Source: Octopus vulgaris | Lineage: Eukaryota | DNA: 64,000 nt | NCBI GenBank assembly: GCA_951406725.2 | Contig: OX597827.1 | Location: 44,888,001 to 44,952,000, forward strand | Direction: 5' to 3' | Program-made: the position numbers and the translations under genes | Part shown: positions 11,686 to 24,501 of the stretch, one piece after another | How positions within the stretch are numbered: the stretch's first letter is position 1 | Layout: each line of letters begins with the position of its first letter | The notes under the pieces: model-generated | Databases searched by the model: none | Seen by the model: only the letters and a program-made list of their open reading frames with translations | Told to the model about the DNA's origin: nothing

Positions 11686-13270
11686 ATGTTCTTTTTTATG
11701 CATTAACTCTTTTCATTTACTGGGCTGCTGTCATGCTGTGGCGCCACTTTCAAGGGTTTATCGATCTTATCGAAGCCCCCCCCCCCCAATATTTATTTTA
11801 TCAAGCTTTATTTGCCTGATTGCTAAGTTATGGCACTTAAAGGGATACAATGCAAACAATTCCACTCTTTAGGCTTGTGAAATTATATTAACACACATAC
11901 TCACACACACAAATACATTTGTGTATATGTATGTACACACACATACATACACTCACACACACACATACACACAGAGTGGGCTTTTGTATTGTGTCTGTCT
12001 ATCCAGTTCCACTCCACCTCAGCTGTAGTATAAAACTCTTGCTAAAGTGCTACGCTACAGGCTTTGCATCTCTGAGCATTAACTTTTCAGCCTCATAGAC
12101 TTGCTCTGCATGGATGTGTGGTTGGGAAGTTCCCTTTCTCATGACCATGTGGTTTCAGGTTCAGTCCCAACTGTGCACCATCTTGGGCAAATGACTTCTG
12201 CCACAGCCTGAACCAACCTAAACCTTGCGAGTGGAATTTGGTACACATAAACTGTACCAAAGGAGCTCATGTGTACGTTTGTGCTTCTGCAAAAAAAGCG
12301 CCACAATTGGTGATGTTATTGTCATTGCCTCTATCGATTAATTATCCACTGGCTTTGGGCCTTTTGAAGACATATGGAATTATAAATTCCTTACTGGAAA
12401 AATTAGTAAGGGTTAGCAACAGAAAGATCATCCATCTGTAATGCAATACCCCAGTAATATATTCAATTAACCCATGCTAGCATGGCAAAGTGGGCATAAA
12501 ATTTAACAGAGAACAAACATATATCTATAATGTATAGATATATATAAAGTAGAAAGACTGATAAATGATGGCAGGTGTAAGGAATGCATCTATATGAAAA
12601 GTTGTGTCTATAATTTACATGATGTAATCAAGTCACATCTTTACACCTGTTTCAAATGGTCGATGACTGGTTGATATAACAATGCATATTATGTAAACAG
12701 ACAATATTGCTGTTGTCCATAAAGGCAAAGCAAAGTAAAGTATCAACCAGCATTGATTTTGATGGTCCCATACAGCAGAGGTATGCCAGTCTCTTCAGAT
12801 GATAGTGAGCAAGTGTGTATGTATGTAAAGTGAAGGTTTGGGTATGTGGTACATTGAGTGCCTTCTATAGCTCTGAGCTGACCAAAGCAAAGCCTTGTGA
12901 GTGGAAATTGAAAAAAGTCTGCTGTATGTGTGTATGTCTTTCCTTTAATGTCATGTGGTTGTTGTTGATCTCATTCATTTCCACTAGTCTACAGAAATAT
13001 GTTGTCTGGCTATTGGGAAATATTAGCTTGCTGAGAAACAGGTGAGTGTTTGTAACAGGAAGGGCATCCAGCCATAGAAAATGTGCTTCAATAAACATTG
13101 TCTGACTTATGCAAGCATGGACAAGTAGACATTAGATCGATGATGATGATGATATATATATATATGATGATTACATATGTGCATGTATGTATGTACATAC
13201 GTGCGTAAGTGCACATGTGTGAAAGTCAGTAACTAAATGATATATTGATTCCTCATATCTATTCTTGCAG

Positions 13271-13344
13271 ACAGATTTCCGAACTGTTCCATTTGCAGCA
13301 CGAGAAACTTGGACTTCCTTGACTGTAGCAACCTTACTTCTTAA
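13271..13344 (+). CDS. Candidate terminal exon D
   Basis: ATTCTTGCAG acceptor. Phase 1 reads (D)RFPNCSICSTRNLDFLDCSNLTS*; phase 0 would instead give a hydrophobic tail TDFRTVPFAARETWTSLTVATLLLNLSWLWLLLSLF. Confidence 0.2.
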
Positions 13345-13450
13345 TTTGTCTTGGTTGTGGTTGTTGCTGTCATTGTTTAGAAACCATCATCATCATCATC
13401 ATTGACATCATCATCATCAATATTATTGTTGCTATTATTGCTATTATTGC

Positions 13451-13490
<40 letters not shown>

Positions 13491-13836
13491 GTTGTGAATG
13501 GTTGTGATATTTATCTTACTTCATCACTTTTCTTTTTGCTTTTGATGTTTTGTTTTTGGTCTTTATTTAATTGTCTTTTATTTTCTGCGAGGGGGGTCTG
13601 CATGTCTTTCTATGCCACTGTTTCTCTTCTTCCTCCTCCTCCTCCTCTCTCTTTCTGTACTCCTCCATACTCTATCCCACCTTTTACATCTGTTTTCCCT
13701 CTCTCTGTTTTTTTTTATCTCCTTTTAACTACCTGTGTGTGTGTGTTTATGCATATATATGTATATATGTATACACACACACATGTATATATTATATATA
13801 TAATAACAAAGTAATGGGTTATATACATTTATTTAT

Positions 13837-14014
13837 TATAGGCTTACAGCTGTTTCAGATATGCATTTGGTGTATTCATGACTCAGTGCTATTGTTTGAC
13901 TGATCAACTGAAAATGTAGGGAACCACCAGCCCGAATCTATGTCTTTCAGAGCCTCTAATACACTGAACCATGAACACACCCAAATGCATATTTGAAACA
14001 GCTGTAAGCCTATA
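13837..14014. repeat. Imperfect ~57-bp inverted repeat with GAAACAGCTGTAAG ends
   Basis: TATAGGCTTACAGCTGTTTCAGATATGCATTTGG pairs with CCAAATGCATATTTGAAACAGCTGTAAGCCTATA. Confidence 0.85.
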
Positions 14015-14309
14015 AATGCAAACAACCCATTATTTCTGACTATTTTATATAGTGCTCTGTGAAAACATATAATCTTAACTGGGTAACAGAACCATGAATT
14101 TACAAATTTGACTGGTGAGGGACTTTGATTTTGGATTACCTCAAGTACAATATCGATCATAAAACATTTTTGTTAACCTGGTTTATCTGCAGAGAGCTTA
14201 AGAAGAATTTCACCTAGATTACTAATCCCTTGGTAATCCCTTTTTGTTTTGATATATGGATTTATGCACTTCCATTTATCCATGAAAGAGTTCTGAAACC
14301 ATTCTCTTT

Positions 14310-14341
14310 ATATGTGTGTGTGTGTGTGTGTGCATGTAAAT

Positions 14342-14383
<42 letters not shown>

Positions 14384-14408
14384 CATGTGTGTGTATATGT
14401 ATACATAC

Positions 14409-14446
<38 letters not shown>

Positions 14447-14468
14447 GTGTGTGTGTGTATATATATAC

Positions 14469-14544
<76 letters not shown>

Positions 14545-14560
14545 GTATGTATGTACACAC
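14310..14560. repeat. (TA)/(TG) compound microsatellite
   Basis: Directly visible. Confidence 0.95.
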
Positions 14561-15276
14561 ATATGGCTTTCTTACCCTCTCTCTCTTAATATATATTATC
14601 TGGCTTATCACATTATTGACCCATTGCTACAGGAATTACAGTGGTTCTGGTTGGTAACTATAGCACTTCCATTATGTTCAGAAGATAAATGGAGCAGTTA
14701 GTTGTAGGGTGGAAGGTAGTAGCTTGTAGCTTTTGTTTCTGTTATATCATATTTCAAGCAGCTTTTGCTCTGATGAGAACCAGCAGACTATAGATAAGAA
14801 CTATTGAACATTGTTGCCAAAACCTGAGATTTGAACTCAGTGCGTTAAAGGGACATAACTGAGTAGAAAAATTTTTGGGGTCTTGTGCTGTAACAGTTCT
14901 GCCACCTATCAATGACGATGTCTCTGCAGTGCAATGTTGACCTGCTAGAAATAGCTGCAAGATTTCTTTCATATCACATTTTACTGTCTTTCATTGTCAT
15001 CGTCATTAATCATCATCATTTTAACATCTATATTTCCATGCTTGCATGGGTCAGATAGACTTATTGAGGCAGATTTTCTATGGCCAGACGTTCTTCCTGT
15101 TTTGGAGCAAGGTAATATTTCACCATATCCAAATATGTTTTTTGTAGAATATTGGAGAAGAAAGACAACTACTTGTACAACAATGAACTCATTTACAATT
15201 GTCATGCGATGTCAAGACAAGGGAATCAAGGGGATACATACTCAAATAACTGCTCTCTCTCACACACACATAATGC

Positions 15277-15935
15277 AAGGCACATGGCCTAGTGGTTAGG
15301 GGTGTTGCATCACCATCATGAGATTGTGGTTTCAATTCTCAAACTGGCTGCAAGTGGTGTTCTTGAGCAGAACACTTCATTTTATGTTGCTCCCGTCCAC
15401 TCACCTGTATTTGGGTCACTCCTGTGATGGACTGGCCTTCCAATCAGGGGGAATATTGCCCTGCTTGTCTACCCAGCAGGGCTGGAGCATTCGAAAGCTA
15501 AAACAGTGTAAAGTGCATTGTGACCAGCAGTGTGTAACACCATCTGATAGTCTGGTCAGTACTGTGATATGGTGAGTTGGCAAGCCAAGTGAGATTGTAG
15601 CAGTGGCCGATGCCAGTGTTGCATAACCAGCCCATTTAAAAGCACCCTTGAATCATCGGGCAATATGCTGTACTTGTGAAGACCTGTTGAGTTAAGTGAA
15701 ATCATAGTCATGGCCAATACCAGCGCCACCTGACTGGCTCCCATGCTGGTGGCAGGTAAAAAGCACCTACTACACTCTGAGTGGCTGGTGTCAAGAAGGG
15801 CATCCTAGTGTAGAAACCTTGCCAGATCAGATTGGAGGCTGGTGCAGCCACCTGGCTTGCCATTCCTCAGTCAAACCATCCAACACATACCAACATGGAA
15901 AGAGGATGTTAAATGATGGTGATGATGATGATGAT
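15277..15935 (+). mobile_element. Degenerate tRNA-headed SINE with a V-domain-like motif, followed by a repeat with a (GAT)n RTE-type tail
   Basis: A box TGGCCTAGTGG, CCTGTGATGGACTGGC motif, AGAAGGGCATCC motif, and CATGGAAAGAGGATGTTAAATGATGGT(GAT)n end. Confidence 0.6.
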
Positions 15936-16780
15936 GTATATATGTATACATACACACACGATGGGCTTCTTTCAGTTTCCATCTACCAAATTCACTCACA
16001 AGTCTGGCCCAGAAGCACAAGTAGGAGGCACTTACCCAAAATGTCTTGCAATAGAACTGAACCTGAAACTATGTGGTCGGGAAGCAAACTTCTTATTCAC
16101 ACAGCCACACCCAGATAATAAACAAAGCTGGAGGAGAGAAAGGCTTGAGAAAACACTTGCCTGGTCGAAGCTGGCCTGGTGTTATACAAGGACCGGTTAA
16201 AGTTAGAACAAGCTCATACATTAAATGAACTGAAATAAGACAATATGTTGAAGGAAAAGAATAAACAAGAGACAAGGGTTTCGTGTAATCATGGTTCTTA
16301 TCTTCCTGTTTTTAATTATTTGAATTCTTGTTAGGAAGGGAGTTGGTTTCTCAGAAAGAAACAAAGCTACCTCTGTATGTATGTTGTGTGTGTGTGTGTG
16401 GTTATGTTTGTTCCTATCTTTATCTCCTTTTGTCTGAATGCACCTTCGATGTGCATATGTATATGTGTGTGTTGTTACAGGAGCATACGCATGTAACCAT
16501 GAGAGAGAGAGAGAGAAAGAATGAACAAAAGAGAGAGGGGGGTAAGGGATAACAATCAAGAGGGTGACACTTGTGTGTGCTTGTCCAACTGTCTTTGCAT
16601 GTGTGTATAATTTTGTATGTGTGAGAGAGAAGTTCAAATGCAGGATTGTCCAGTAGTGTCTTATGTGAAACAACAGTCAGATCAGGTATCAGGTCAAATG
16701 GTGACTGTGTTGGAGTTGGATTAAAACAAGCTTGTCTGAGCTATTTTAGGTCAAAGCCAGACACTGATAGTTGCTTTAAC

Positions 16781-17360
16781 CCTTTAGCATTCAGATTACT
16801 CTGTTAAATGCAAAGCTTATTTATTTATTCACGTTGTTTTGAATAAATAATACATTCAGTTCTATATTTAAGAGATGAAGAATTATCTACAATACATACA
16901 TTATTTACAATTGACTGATATTTGTCCTCATCTTGTTTGTTGTTAACACGTTTCGGCTGATACACCCTCCAGCCTTCATCAGGTGTCTTATGGAAATTTC
17001 AAACCTGGGTTCCAATTCCTAAGGTATTTTTCGATGTTATTACATTCTGAGTTCAAATTCCGCCAAGGTTGACTTTGCCTTTCACCCTTTCAGGGTCGAT
17101 AAGTTAAGTTCCAGTTACGTACTTAGATCGATCTAATCGACTGGCCCCCTCCCACAAAATTTTGGGCTTTGTTCCTAGAGTAGAAAAGATTATTATTATT
17201 ATTATTGTTATTTAGGTCATTGCCTGGGATCAAACTCGGAATCTTGGGGTTAGCTGCCTGTGCTCTTAACCACTATGCCATATGCCCATGGGCTTATGGC
17301 GTAGTGGTTAAGAGCGCAGGCTACTAACCCTAAGATTCCGAGTTTGATTCCAGGCAGTGA

Positions 17361-17402
<42 letters not shown>

Positions 17403-17707
17403 CAACAACAACATCGAAAAATACCTTAGGAATGAGAACCCAGGTTTTAAATTTCCCCAAGACATCTGATGAAGGCTGGAGGGAATATCAGCCGAAACAT
17501 GTTAAGAGCAAACAAGATGAGGACAAATATACGTCACTTGTAAATAATGTAAATGATGTAAATAATACATTGTTTGAGATTTTGTTGTGATTTTTTATTT
17601 TATGAAAGACATTGTAAGATATGTGTAAAAAGCTGGATCTGGTTAGTTTGAACACAAAACAGGTAGAATATTTGAGCTAGATATGGTCACTTTAAATGCT
17701 AAAGGGT
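16781..17707. mobile_element. piggyBac-like MITE hosting a nested palindromic element
   Basis: TTAACCCTTTAGCATT left end and AATGCTAAAGGGTTGA right end; the body is split by the 16857-17571 insertion. Confidence 0.7.
16857..17571. mobile_element. Head-to-head palindromic dimer: tRNA-derived head + (AAT)n + hammerhead-like tail
   Basis: Symmetry centre GCCCATGGGC (17284-17293); A box TGGCGTAGTGG and B box GAGTTTGATTCC, mirrored on the minus strand. Outer arms 16897-17040 and ~17410-17551 are complementary. An OK-like SINE fragment sits at ~17042-17190. Confidence 0.8.
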
Positions 17708-18917
17708 TGATATGCCCTGCCTGTTTTAACCCTTTCATTGCCATATTTTTTATTGAAATACACTGGCCTTCATTTCTATTAATATTTTTAAATAACATAG
17801 AATTTTGCTTGACAACCGGTGTTGGTGTGTTTGCATCCCCATAACTTAGCAGTTTCGCAAAAGAGGCTAATAGAATAAGTACTAGGCTTTAAAAATGAAG
17901 TACTGAGGTCAATTCATTCAACTCCCTTTTGATACCAACCTGTCTAAAACCGCCTCTGGCTCTGTAGTACAAATGTCTTGTTTTCCAGAGTCCTGAATTA
18001 AAATCTTCCACCAAACCTTAGTCACAATCTATGTTCCTAACACCAGCTTAATGATAACTAAGTTTTACTAAATTCCTTGTTATATTTAAAATTAATTGAA
18101 AGAAACAGAGAGCATCTGAACAGAAATATGGTAATGAAAGGGGTAAGGCGGTGCTACAGCATGGCCACAGTCTAATGACTGAAACAAGTAAAAGATAAAA
18201 GATAAAATTACTGGTGTTTGGAACATATATTTTGGTGGAAGGTTTAAAACAGGATGTTTACATCAAAGAACTTGGGTCAGTCTCAGGGAGCAGGCTGGTA
18301 ACAAAAGGATTACCAAGCTACAATAAAATATGTACATGTATGTGTTTATGTGTGTGTGTGTGTGTGTAAACAAGGTGCTACTTAACAGCTACAGGCCTTA
18401 CCACACCTACTCTTCTTAGTCTCCCTCATTTCCTTTCTTACCCTTCCTATGCAAATATGAGAAAAGGTGCATGTGGTGGGCAGTAAAGAGAAAAAGAAAA
18501 ACCCTGAAGTCAGCTAGTTCCTAAATGAGTGTCTGTGGGAGGAGGGGGAGAAAGGCACAGGACAAAAGAGATAGAAGGTGGGGATTGTATTATTTAATCC
18601 CCCCCCCCATAAATCACAGTACCCCTTATTGGTGCACAGGTGGTGATGGTGGTGGTGGTGGTGGTCGTCTTGTTCTTGTCTTCTTAGCTGCAATTTTGTT
18701 GTTCATTGTAAAGTGTGTCTTACAGGAAGTTCTGTTCTTGCTGATGATGATGATTATGTTAGTGTTTTTCTTGTTGTTGCTATTGTTGAGTGGTCTCAGG
18801 TTGACCTTGATAGAACAGGCCCTAGATCAGTCATTCTTGACCATTTGTTTTTTTACCTATGGACCTCTTTGATTGCTATTTCACTTGGGTTGACCTGCAT
18901 AGCTATTCAATGTTTAA

Positions 18918-19139
18918 CCCTTTAGTGTTTGCATTATTCTGCCAAAATTAATCCTTTTTTTATCCACATTGCCTTGAACTAATCAGGCATTATCTTGTAG
19001 CTATGAGATTTTGATGAGGTAGCTGTTAATTTTTAAAACGATATTGTAGGACTGGTGTGAGAGACCAGATCTGGCCAGTTTGAACATAAAACAGGCAGAA
19101 TACTTTTGGCCGGATATGGCCGCTTTAAATGTTAAAGGG
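18918..19139. mobile_element. Complete piggyBac-like MITE with TTAA target duplication
   Basis: TTAA|CCCTTTAGTGTTT ... AAATGTTAAAGGG|TTAA. Confidence 0.8.
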
Positions 19140-20064
19140 TTAATTCAAAATAATGTGAATTGCATTATTAGGAATTGCATTAAAGAATGCAAGTATTTTA
19201 TGTATTGTAACCAATTAATGACACATAGAATTTAACAAAATCTTATGTGGACCCTCTAGAGGTCATATAGACTCCTGTTGAGAACCACTGCCTTGGATCA
19301 AATCCATTCCAGCTGTGACCATTCCACCTCTCCATTATCCCTTTTTTAGAACTACATTACCCAATGTGTTCCTCCCTTTCTCAAGTACTTTGTGTGTGGT
19401 TTGAGGGAAATTTAGCTGATATTTCTAGCAGGTTGAATGATGCATAAATACTCTCCCTTTGGTTGTAATACTGTTGTGAATGATAGTAATGATAAGGGTG
19501 ACTGTTGGTGGTAGCAGCAATTGTGAGAGTAGATGTAACTGTGATGATGGTGGTGTTGTAGATGATAATGATAGTAATAATAATACCACAGATTTGCTTG
19601 TCAGTTGTTTGACCTTAACCAGTTGAGCATGTCCCTTAGTGGTTGACAATAAGTGCATCTCTGATCACAAACAGAAGTAGTGGGGGAGCATCATAGCCAT
19701 GTGTTGAGAGGAATTCTTTGGAGTTTGAATAATTCACTTCTGGAGACATGGGTGTTTTGTTCAACATTCTTAAACAACCCTTATTCAAGGACCTTTTGAG
19801 CAGGATGGGCTACTCGACCTGAAGAAAATTCTAACTGGGCTCCACCTGCAAGGTCATGTGCTATTTATCTTGGTATGAGATCACCATGTCATACACATAT
19901 ATGGTTGTGATGCATGTGCCTAGTGTACCCTTATCAGCCGGGTAGTCATGATGGGTATACTGGGCTTTGTATATTTTACCACAATGTCAGTGTCATGGCA
20001 TGCACTGCTTCGCTGATGGACTTTCTTTTTCAATTCTCAATGTATGTTTCTGAATCATACACAC

Positions 20065-20140
<76 letters not shown>

Positions 20141-20389
20141 CTTTTTTGTCTCTGTTTCAATCACACTCTCTCTTTTTATTTTCATTCACCTCTCCCTCTA
20201 TGTATATACACTATCTCTTCTGTACTCAGATTCTTTGTCTTCCTCCTCTTTCACACATACACATACTCCTTATTTTCTCTCTCCCTCCTCCTCCCCCTCT
20301 CTCTCTCTCAAACATTTTCCTTCTCACACACAAAGAAATGTGTGCTAGTGTGTGTGTGTGTGTGTGTGCACACCCTCTCTCAGTCATCT

Positions 20390-20427
<38 letters not shown>

Positions 20428-20452
20428 GCACTCATACACCTCAACAGTACTT

Positions 20453-20466
20453 GTTACTATGGTAAC
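20453..20466. promoter_or_regulatory. RFX X-box-like palindrome
   Basis: GTTACTATGGTAAC matches the X-box consensus GTTNCC/TATGGNAAC, in a unique island between CA/TG repeats. Confidence 0.3.
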
Positions 20467-20979
20467 GTAGGTTTAATTTTTCAAACTGTTGACAAATTGA
20501 TATGCAACAAACATACTTCAAAGCTTGAGGTGCGTGTGTATGTGTAAGTATGCACATGTATGTATGCATGTATGTATGTGAGTATATACCTGTGTCTGCC
20601 TATACACACTTGTGTCTTTCAGTGTGTCTGTCTGTACATGCATGTGTATGTACATCTCTGTGTGTACTTAATGTTCCTGTATAATGCATATGATGTGTCT
20701 TGGGAGACTCATATTACGTCAATATCAGTAACACACTCACAGGTTTAATTCCACTTTAACCAATTGACTAATAATAAAGAAGTGGAATTCAACCAGAGCA
20801 TGTGTTTATTATTATTGGCATAATGACCCTCCCGAGACACAAGATTTGTTTCAACACACAAATTCTTTTCAAGAGTCTTGCAAACCAATTACAAAAACAA
20901 AATAGAGAATATTATATTGTCATCAAAGCTGGTCTTGACAATATGTGATGGTCTCTGAATTATAGTATCACCAGCAAAT

Positions 20980-21274
20980 TGCTTTGTACTTGCCTAAACA
21001 GGTGTGGTTAGTTGTTTTGTACCTGCCTAAACAGGTGTAGTTAGTTGTTTTGTACCTGCCAAAACAGGTGTAGTTAGTTGTTTTGTACCTGCCTAAATGG
21101 GTGTGGTTAGTTGTTTTGTACCTGCCTAAACAGATGTAGTTATTTGTTTTGTACCTGCCTAAACAGATGTAGTTAGTTGTTTTGTACCTGCCAAAACAGG
21201 TGTAGTTAGTTTATTTTGTACCTGCCTAAATGGGTGTAGTTAGTTGTTTTGTACATGCCTAAACAGGTGTAGTT
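20980..21274. repeat. 33-bp minisatellite, about 9 units
   Basis: Unit TGTTTTGTACCTGCCTAAACAGGTGTAGTTAGT; unit 8 is 34 bp. Confidence 0.95.
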
Positions 21275-22009
21275 CACTCACAAAACCAACTACTATCCTT
21301 CTTAGGTGTAAAACGGCAAAATGTCCTAAGAGAAGGGAGTTTAAGTTCTTAATGTCTTAGCTTTGATCTTTATAACCAGAATTGATTATATAACCCCAGG
21401 TACACATCATGTTTGAATATCTTTGATCATAGGTCTGCAAGGTCAGTATTGACCTTGGGCTGAAAAATGCAGCAGCAACAGCAATGTCTAACCACAAACT
21501 CAATCTCAGTAGGATTTGAACTCAGAATGGAATTTTATATTCACATCGTTCTGTATCTGACATAAGTGAAAGAGTTAAACAGATGAGGTATTGATTTAGC
21601 TATTAGCTTTTTAGGATTTTGATTTCAAACCCATTGAGTTCTTTGTAGCTCATATTCCCTGTTGTTGATTGAATTTGTGCCTAGGCATAGCTGTGTGATT
21701 AAGCTTGCTTCCAAGCTACATGTTCTTGGGTTCAGCTCCATTGCATGGCACCTTGAGCAAGGTTCTTCTGCTATAGCCCCAACCTAACCAAAGCCTTGTG
21801 AGAGGATTTACTAGACTGAAACTGAAAGAAACCCAATGTGTGTGTGTGCATGTTTGTGCATGCTTGTTTTCTTTATTAGTTCTTGCCTTGGTATTACATG
21901 ATAGTTGTATAAATTGGTGTCGCTCTCATGTAGTTAGTGTCATTTGTATCCAACATTCTGTAAGAAACGTCAGGCCATGGGGGGAAATATTCTTTTTTTT
22001 TCTACTCTA

Positions 22010-22585
22010 GGCACAATGCCCAGAATTTGTGGGGAGGGACCAGTCGATTAGATTGACTTCAGTATGCAATTGGTACTTAATTTATCGACCCCAAAAGGAT
22101 GAAAGGCTAAGTCAACCTCAGCAGAATTTGATCTCAGAATGTAAAGATAGACGAAATACCGCTAAGCATGTCAACTGGCATGCTAACGTTTCTTATTTCT
22201 TTATTGCCCACAAGGGGCTAAACACAAAGGGATTAAGTCGATTACATCGACCCCAGTGCATAACTGGTACTTAATTTATCGACCACGAAAGGATGAAAGG
22301 CAAAGTCAACCTGGCGGATTTTGAACTCAGAACGTAACGGCAGACAAAATACCCATTTCTTTACTACCCACAAGGGGCTAAACACAGAGAGGACAAACAA
22401 GGACAGACAAATGGATTAAGTCGATTATATCGACTCCAGTGCATTACTGGTATTTATTTAATCGACCCCGAAAGGATGAAAGGCAAAGTCGACCTTGGCG
22501 GAATTCTGAACTCAGAACATAGCGGCAGACAAAATACTGCTAAGCTTTTCACCCAGCGTTCTAACGATTCTGCCACCTCGCCGCC
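22010..22585 (-). mobile_element. Array of three OK-like SINE bodies
   Basis: Repeated ATCGACC(C/A)C(G/A)AAAGGATGAAAGGC bodies; dimer junction AAATACCCATTTCTTTACTACCCACAAGG at ~22350. Confidence 0.85.
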
Positions 22586-22714
22586 ATGGGGGAAATATTA
22601 CCTTGCCTGGAGACAGGTGAGGTCTGGTAACAAGAGGAAGAGGATCCAGCCATAGAAAAATCTGTCTCAATGAACTCAAAATTTGGTTGGTATATTTAGC
22701 ACAACTGCTCACAT

Positions 22715-23408
22715 TACTACAACTACACCCTGTCTCTACGACTACCCGCCATCTCTACAGCTGTCCACCATCACCATAGTTACCTATTGTCATCACAGAT
22801 ACCCGCCATCACTGCAACTACCCTATATTCACCACAACTACCCACCATCACCATAGCTACCTATCGCCAATCACAACAGTTACCCACCATCAATCAGCAC
22901 TGCTACCCACTGTCAGCACAACTGCCCACATCACCACAGCTATCCACTCTCTTTACAGCTACCCACTGTCACCACAAGTACCCACCATCTCTACATCTGC
23001 CCACCATCACCACAACTATCCACTGTTCGTACAACTACCCAGTATCTCTACAATTACCGACCATCACCACTGCTACCCACTGTCAGCATAACTACCCACA
23101 TTCACCATAGCTATCCCTCCTTTTTACAGCTACCCACCATCTTCAAAGCTACCCAACATCTCCATGGCTACCCACCATCTTCACGGCCCCACCATCTTCA
23201 CGGCTACCCACCATCTTCACGGCTACTCACCATCTCCATGGCTACCCACCATCTCCACAGCTACCCACCATCTCCACAGCTACCCACCATCTCCACAGCT
23301 ACCCGCTATTACCACAGTTAACCATCACCAATCACCCCCAGCTACCCACCACCTCTACTGCTAACCATTGTCATCACAACTACCCATCATTGCCACAGCT
23401 ACCCACTC
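22715..23408. repeat. Degenerate 19-bp minisatellite
   Basis: Unit CTACCCACCATCTCCACAG; most homogeneous at ~23240-23300. Confidence 0.9.
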
Positions 23409-23634
23409 AAGCTAACAAGGGCATTCGTAAGGCATTTCTCTGCCTGCTAGAAATAACAGCCAAATCAGCACGCAAATCATCCTGTAGGACCACAAGAAAG
23501 GACATTGTGCTTAATGTAGTCTGAGGTACACTACTCACAAATGGAAAATACAAAAAAAAAAAAAATTATTATTATGGTTTGAATGTTTTTTGATCATAGG
23601 ACATCAGAGCTGATCTGGAAGGCTAAGCAAAAAC

Positions 23635-23656
23635 CACAACAACAACAAAAACCACC

Positions 23657-23737
<81 letters not shown>

Positions 23738-23775
23738 ACCTCTATTATTACTACTACTACTACTACTACTACTAC

Positions 23776-23812
<37 letters not shown>

Positions 23813-23820
23813 GCTACTGC
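23635..23820. repeat. Compound trinucleotide microsatellite (CAA/CCA/CTA/CTG/ATA)
   Basis: Directly visible; source of the poly-L/I/S/V ORFs. Confidence 0.95.
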
Positions 23821-24174
23821 TAGTACCAATCACTGCTACTTTTACTCTCCACCATCATCAACCACCACTATTATAAAAAAAATAATAAACAAGCATTCTT
23901 GGAAAAAAAAAAGATGATAAAAAAAGATAAATTGTTAATCTTTATAGCTTGAATAATTTCTGAAATCTAATTTATTATACTAAACAATGCAGTGTGTGTG
24001 TGTGTGTGTGTGGTGGGGAGAGAGGTTGTATGTTTATGTGGTGTGCATATGTATTATGTATATGAGTGTGTGTGTTTGTGTGTTTCTGTATGTGTGTGGT
24101 CTTTGTGATGTGTTTTTATTTAATATTTGTGAGATATGGTTTATTAAATTGACTTGTATTGAAGTAAAATAGAA

Positions 24175-24264
24175 TGTGTGGTGTGTGTGTGTGTGTGTGT
24201 GTGTGCATGCGTGCGTGCATGCACGTGTGTGTGTGTGGTGAGGTATGCGTATATTTGTATGTAA

Positions 24265-24300
<36 letters not shown>

Positions 24301-24447
24301 GTTTTAGTATGTTTGTGTGCATGTGTGTAGATGTGTATTCACATGTTTGTATATGCATGTTTTGTTTGTGTAAATCTGAATGATTATTCACACATGTTCG
24401 TGTGTGTGTATGTGTGTCTATACACACATACATGTGTATGTGTGTAT

Positions 24448-24501
<54 letters not shown>

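Noticed and set aside
17294-17360. Functional tRNA gene
   Set aside because: The B box is mutated, the acceptor stem is poor, and it is part of a palindromic repeat, so it is treated as a SINE-type head.
20980-21274. CRISPR-like array
   Set aside because: Units are contiguous with no unique spacers, there are no cas genes, and the context is eukaryotic.
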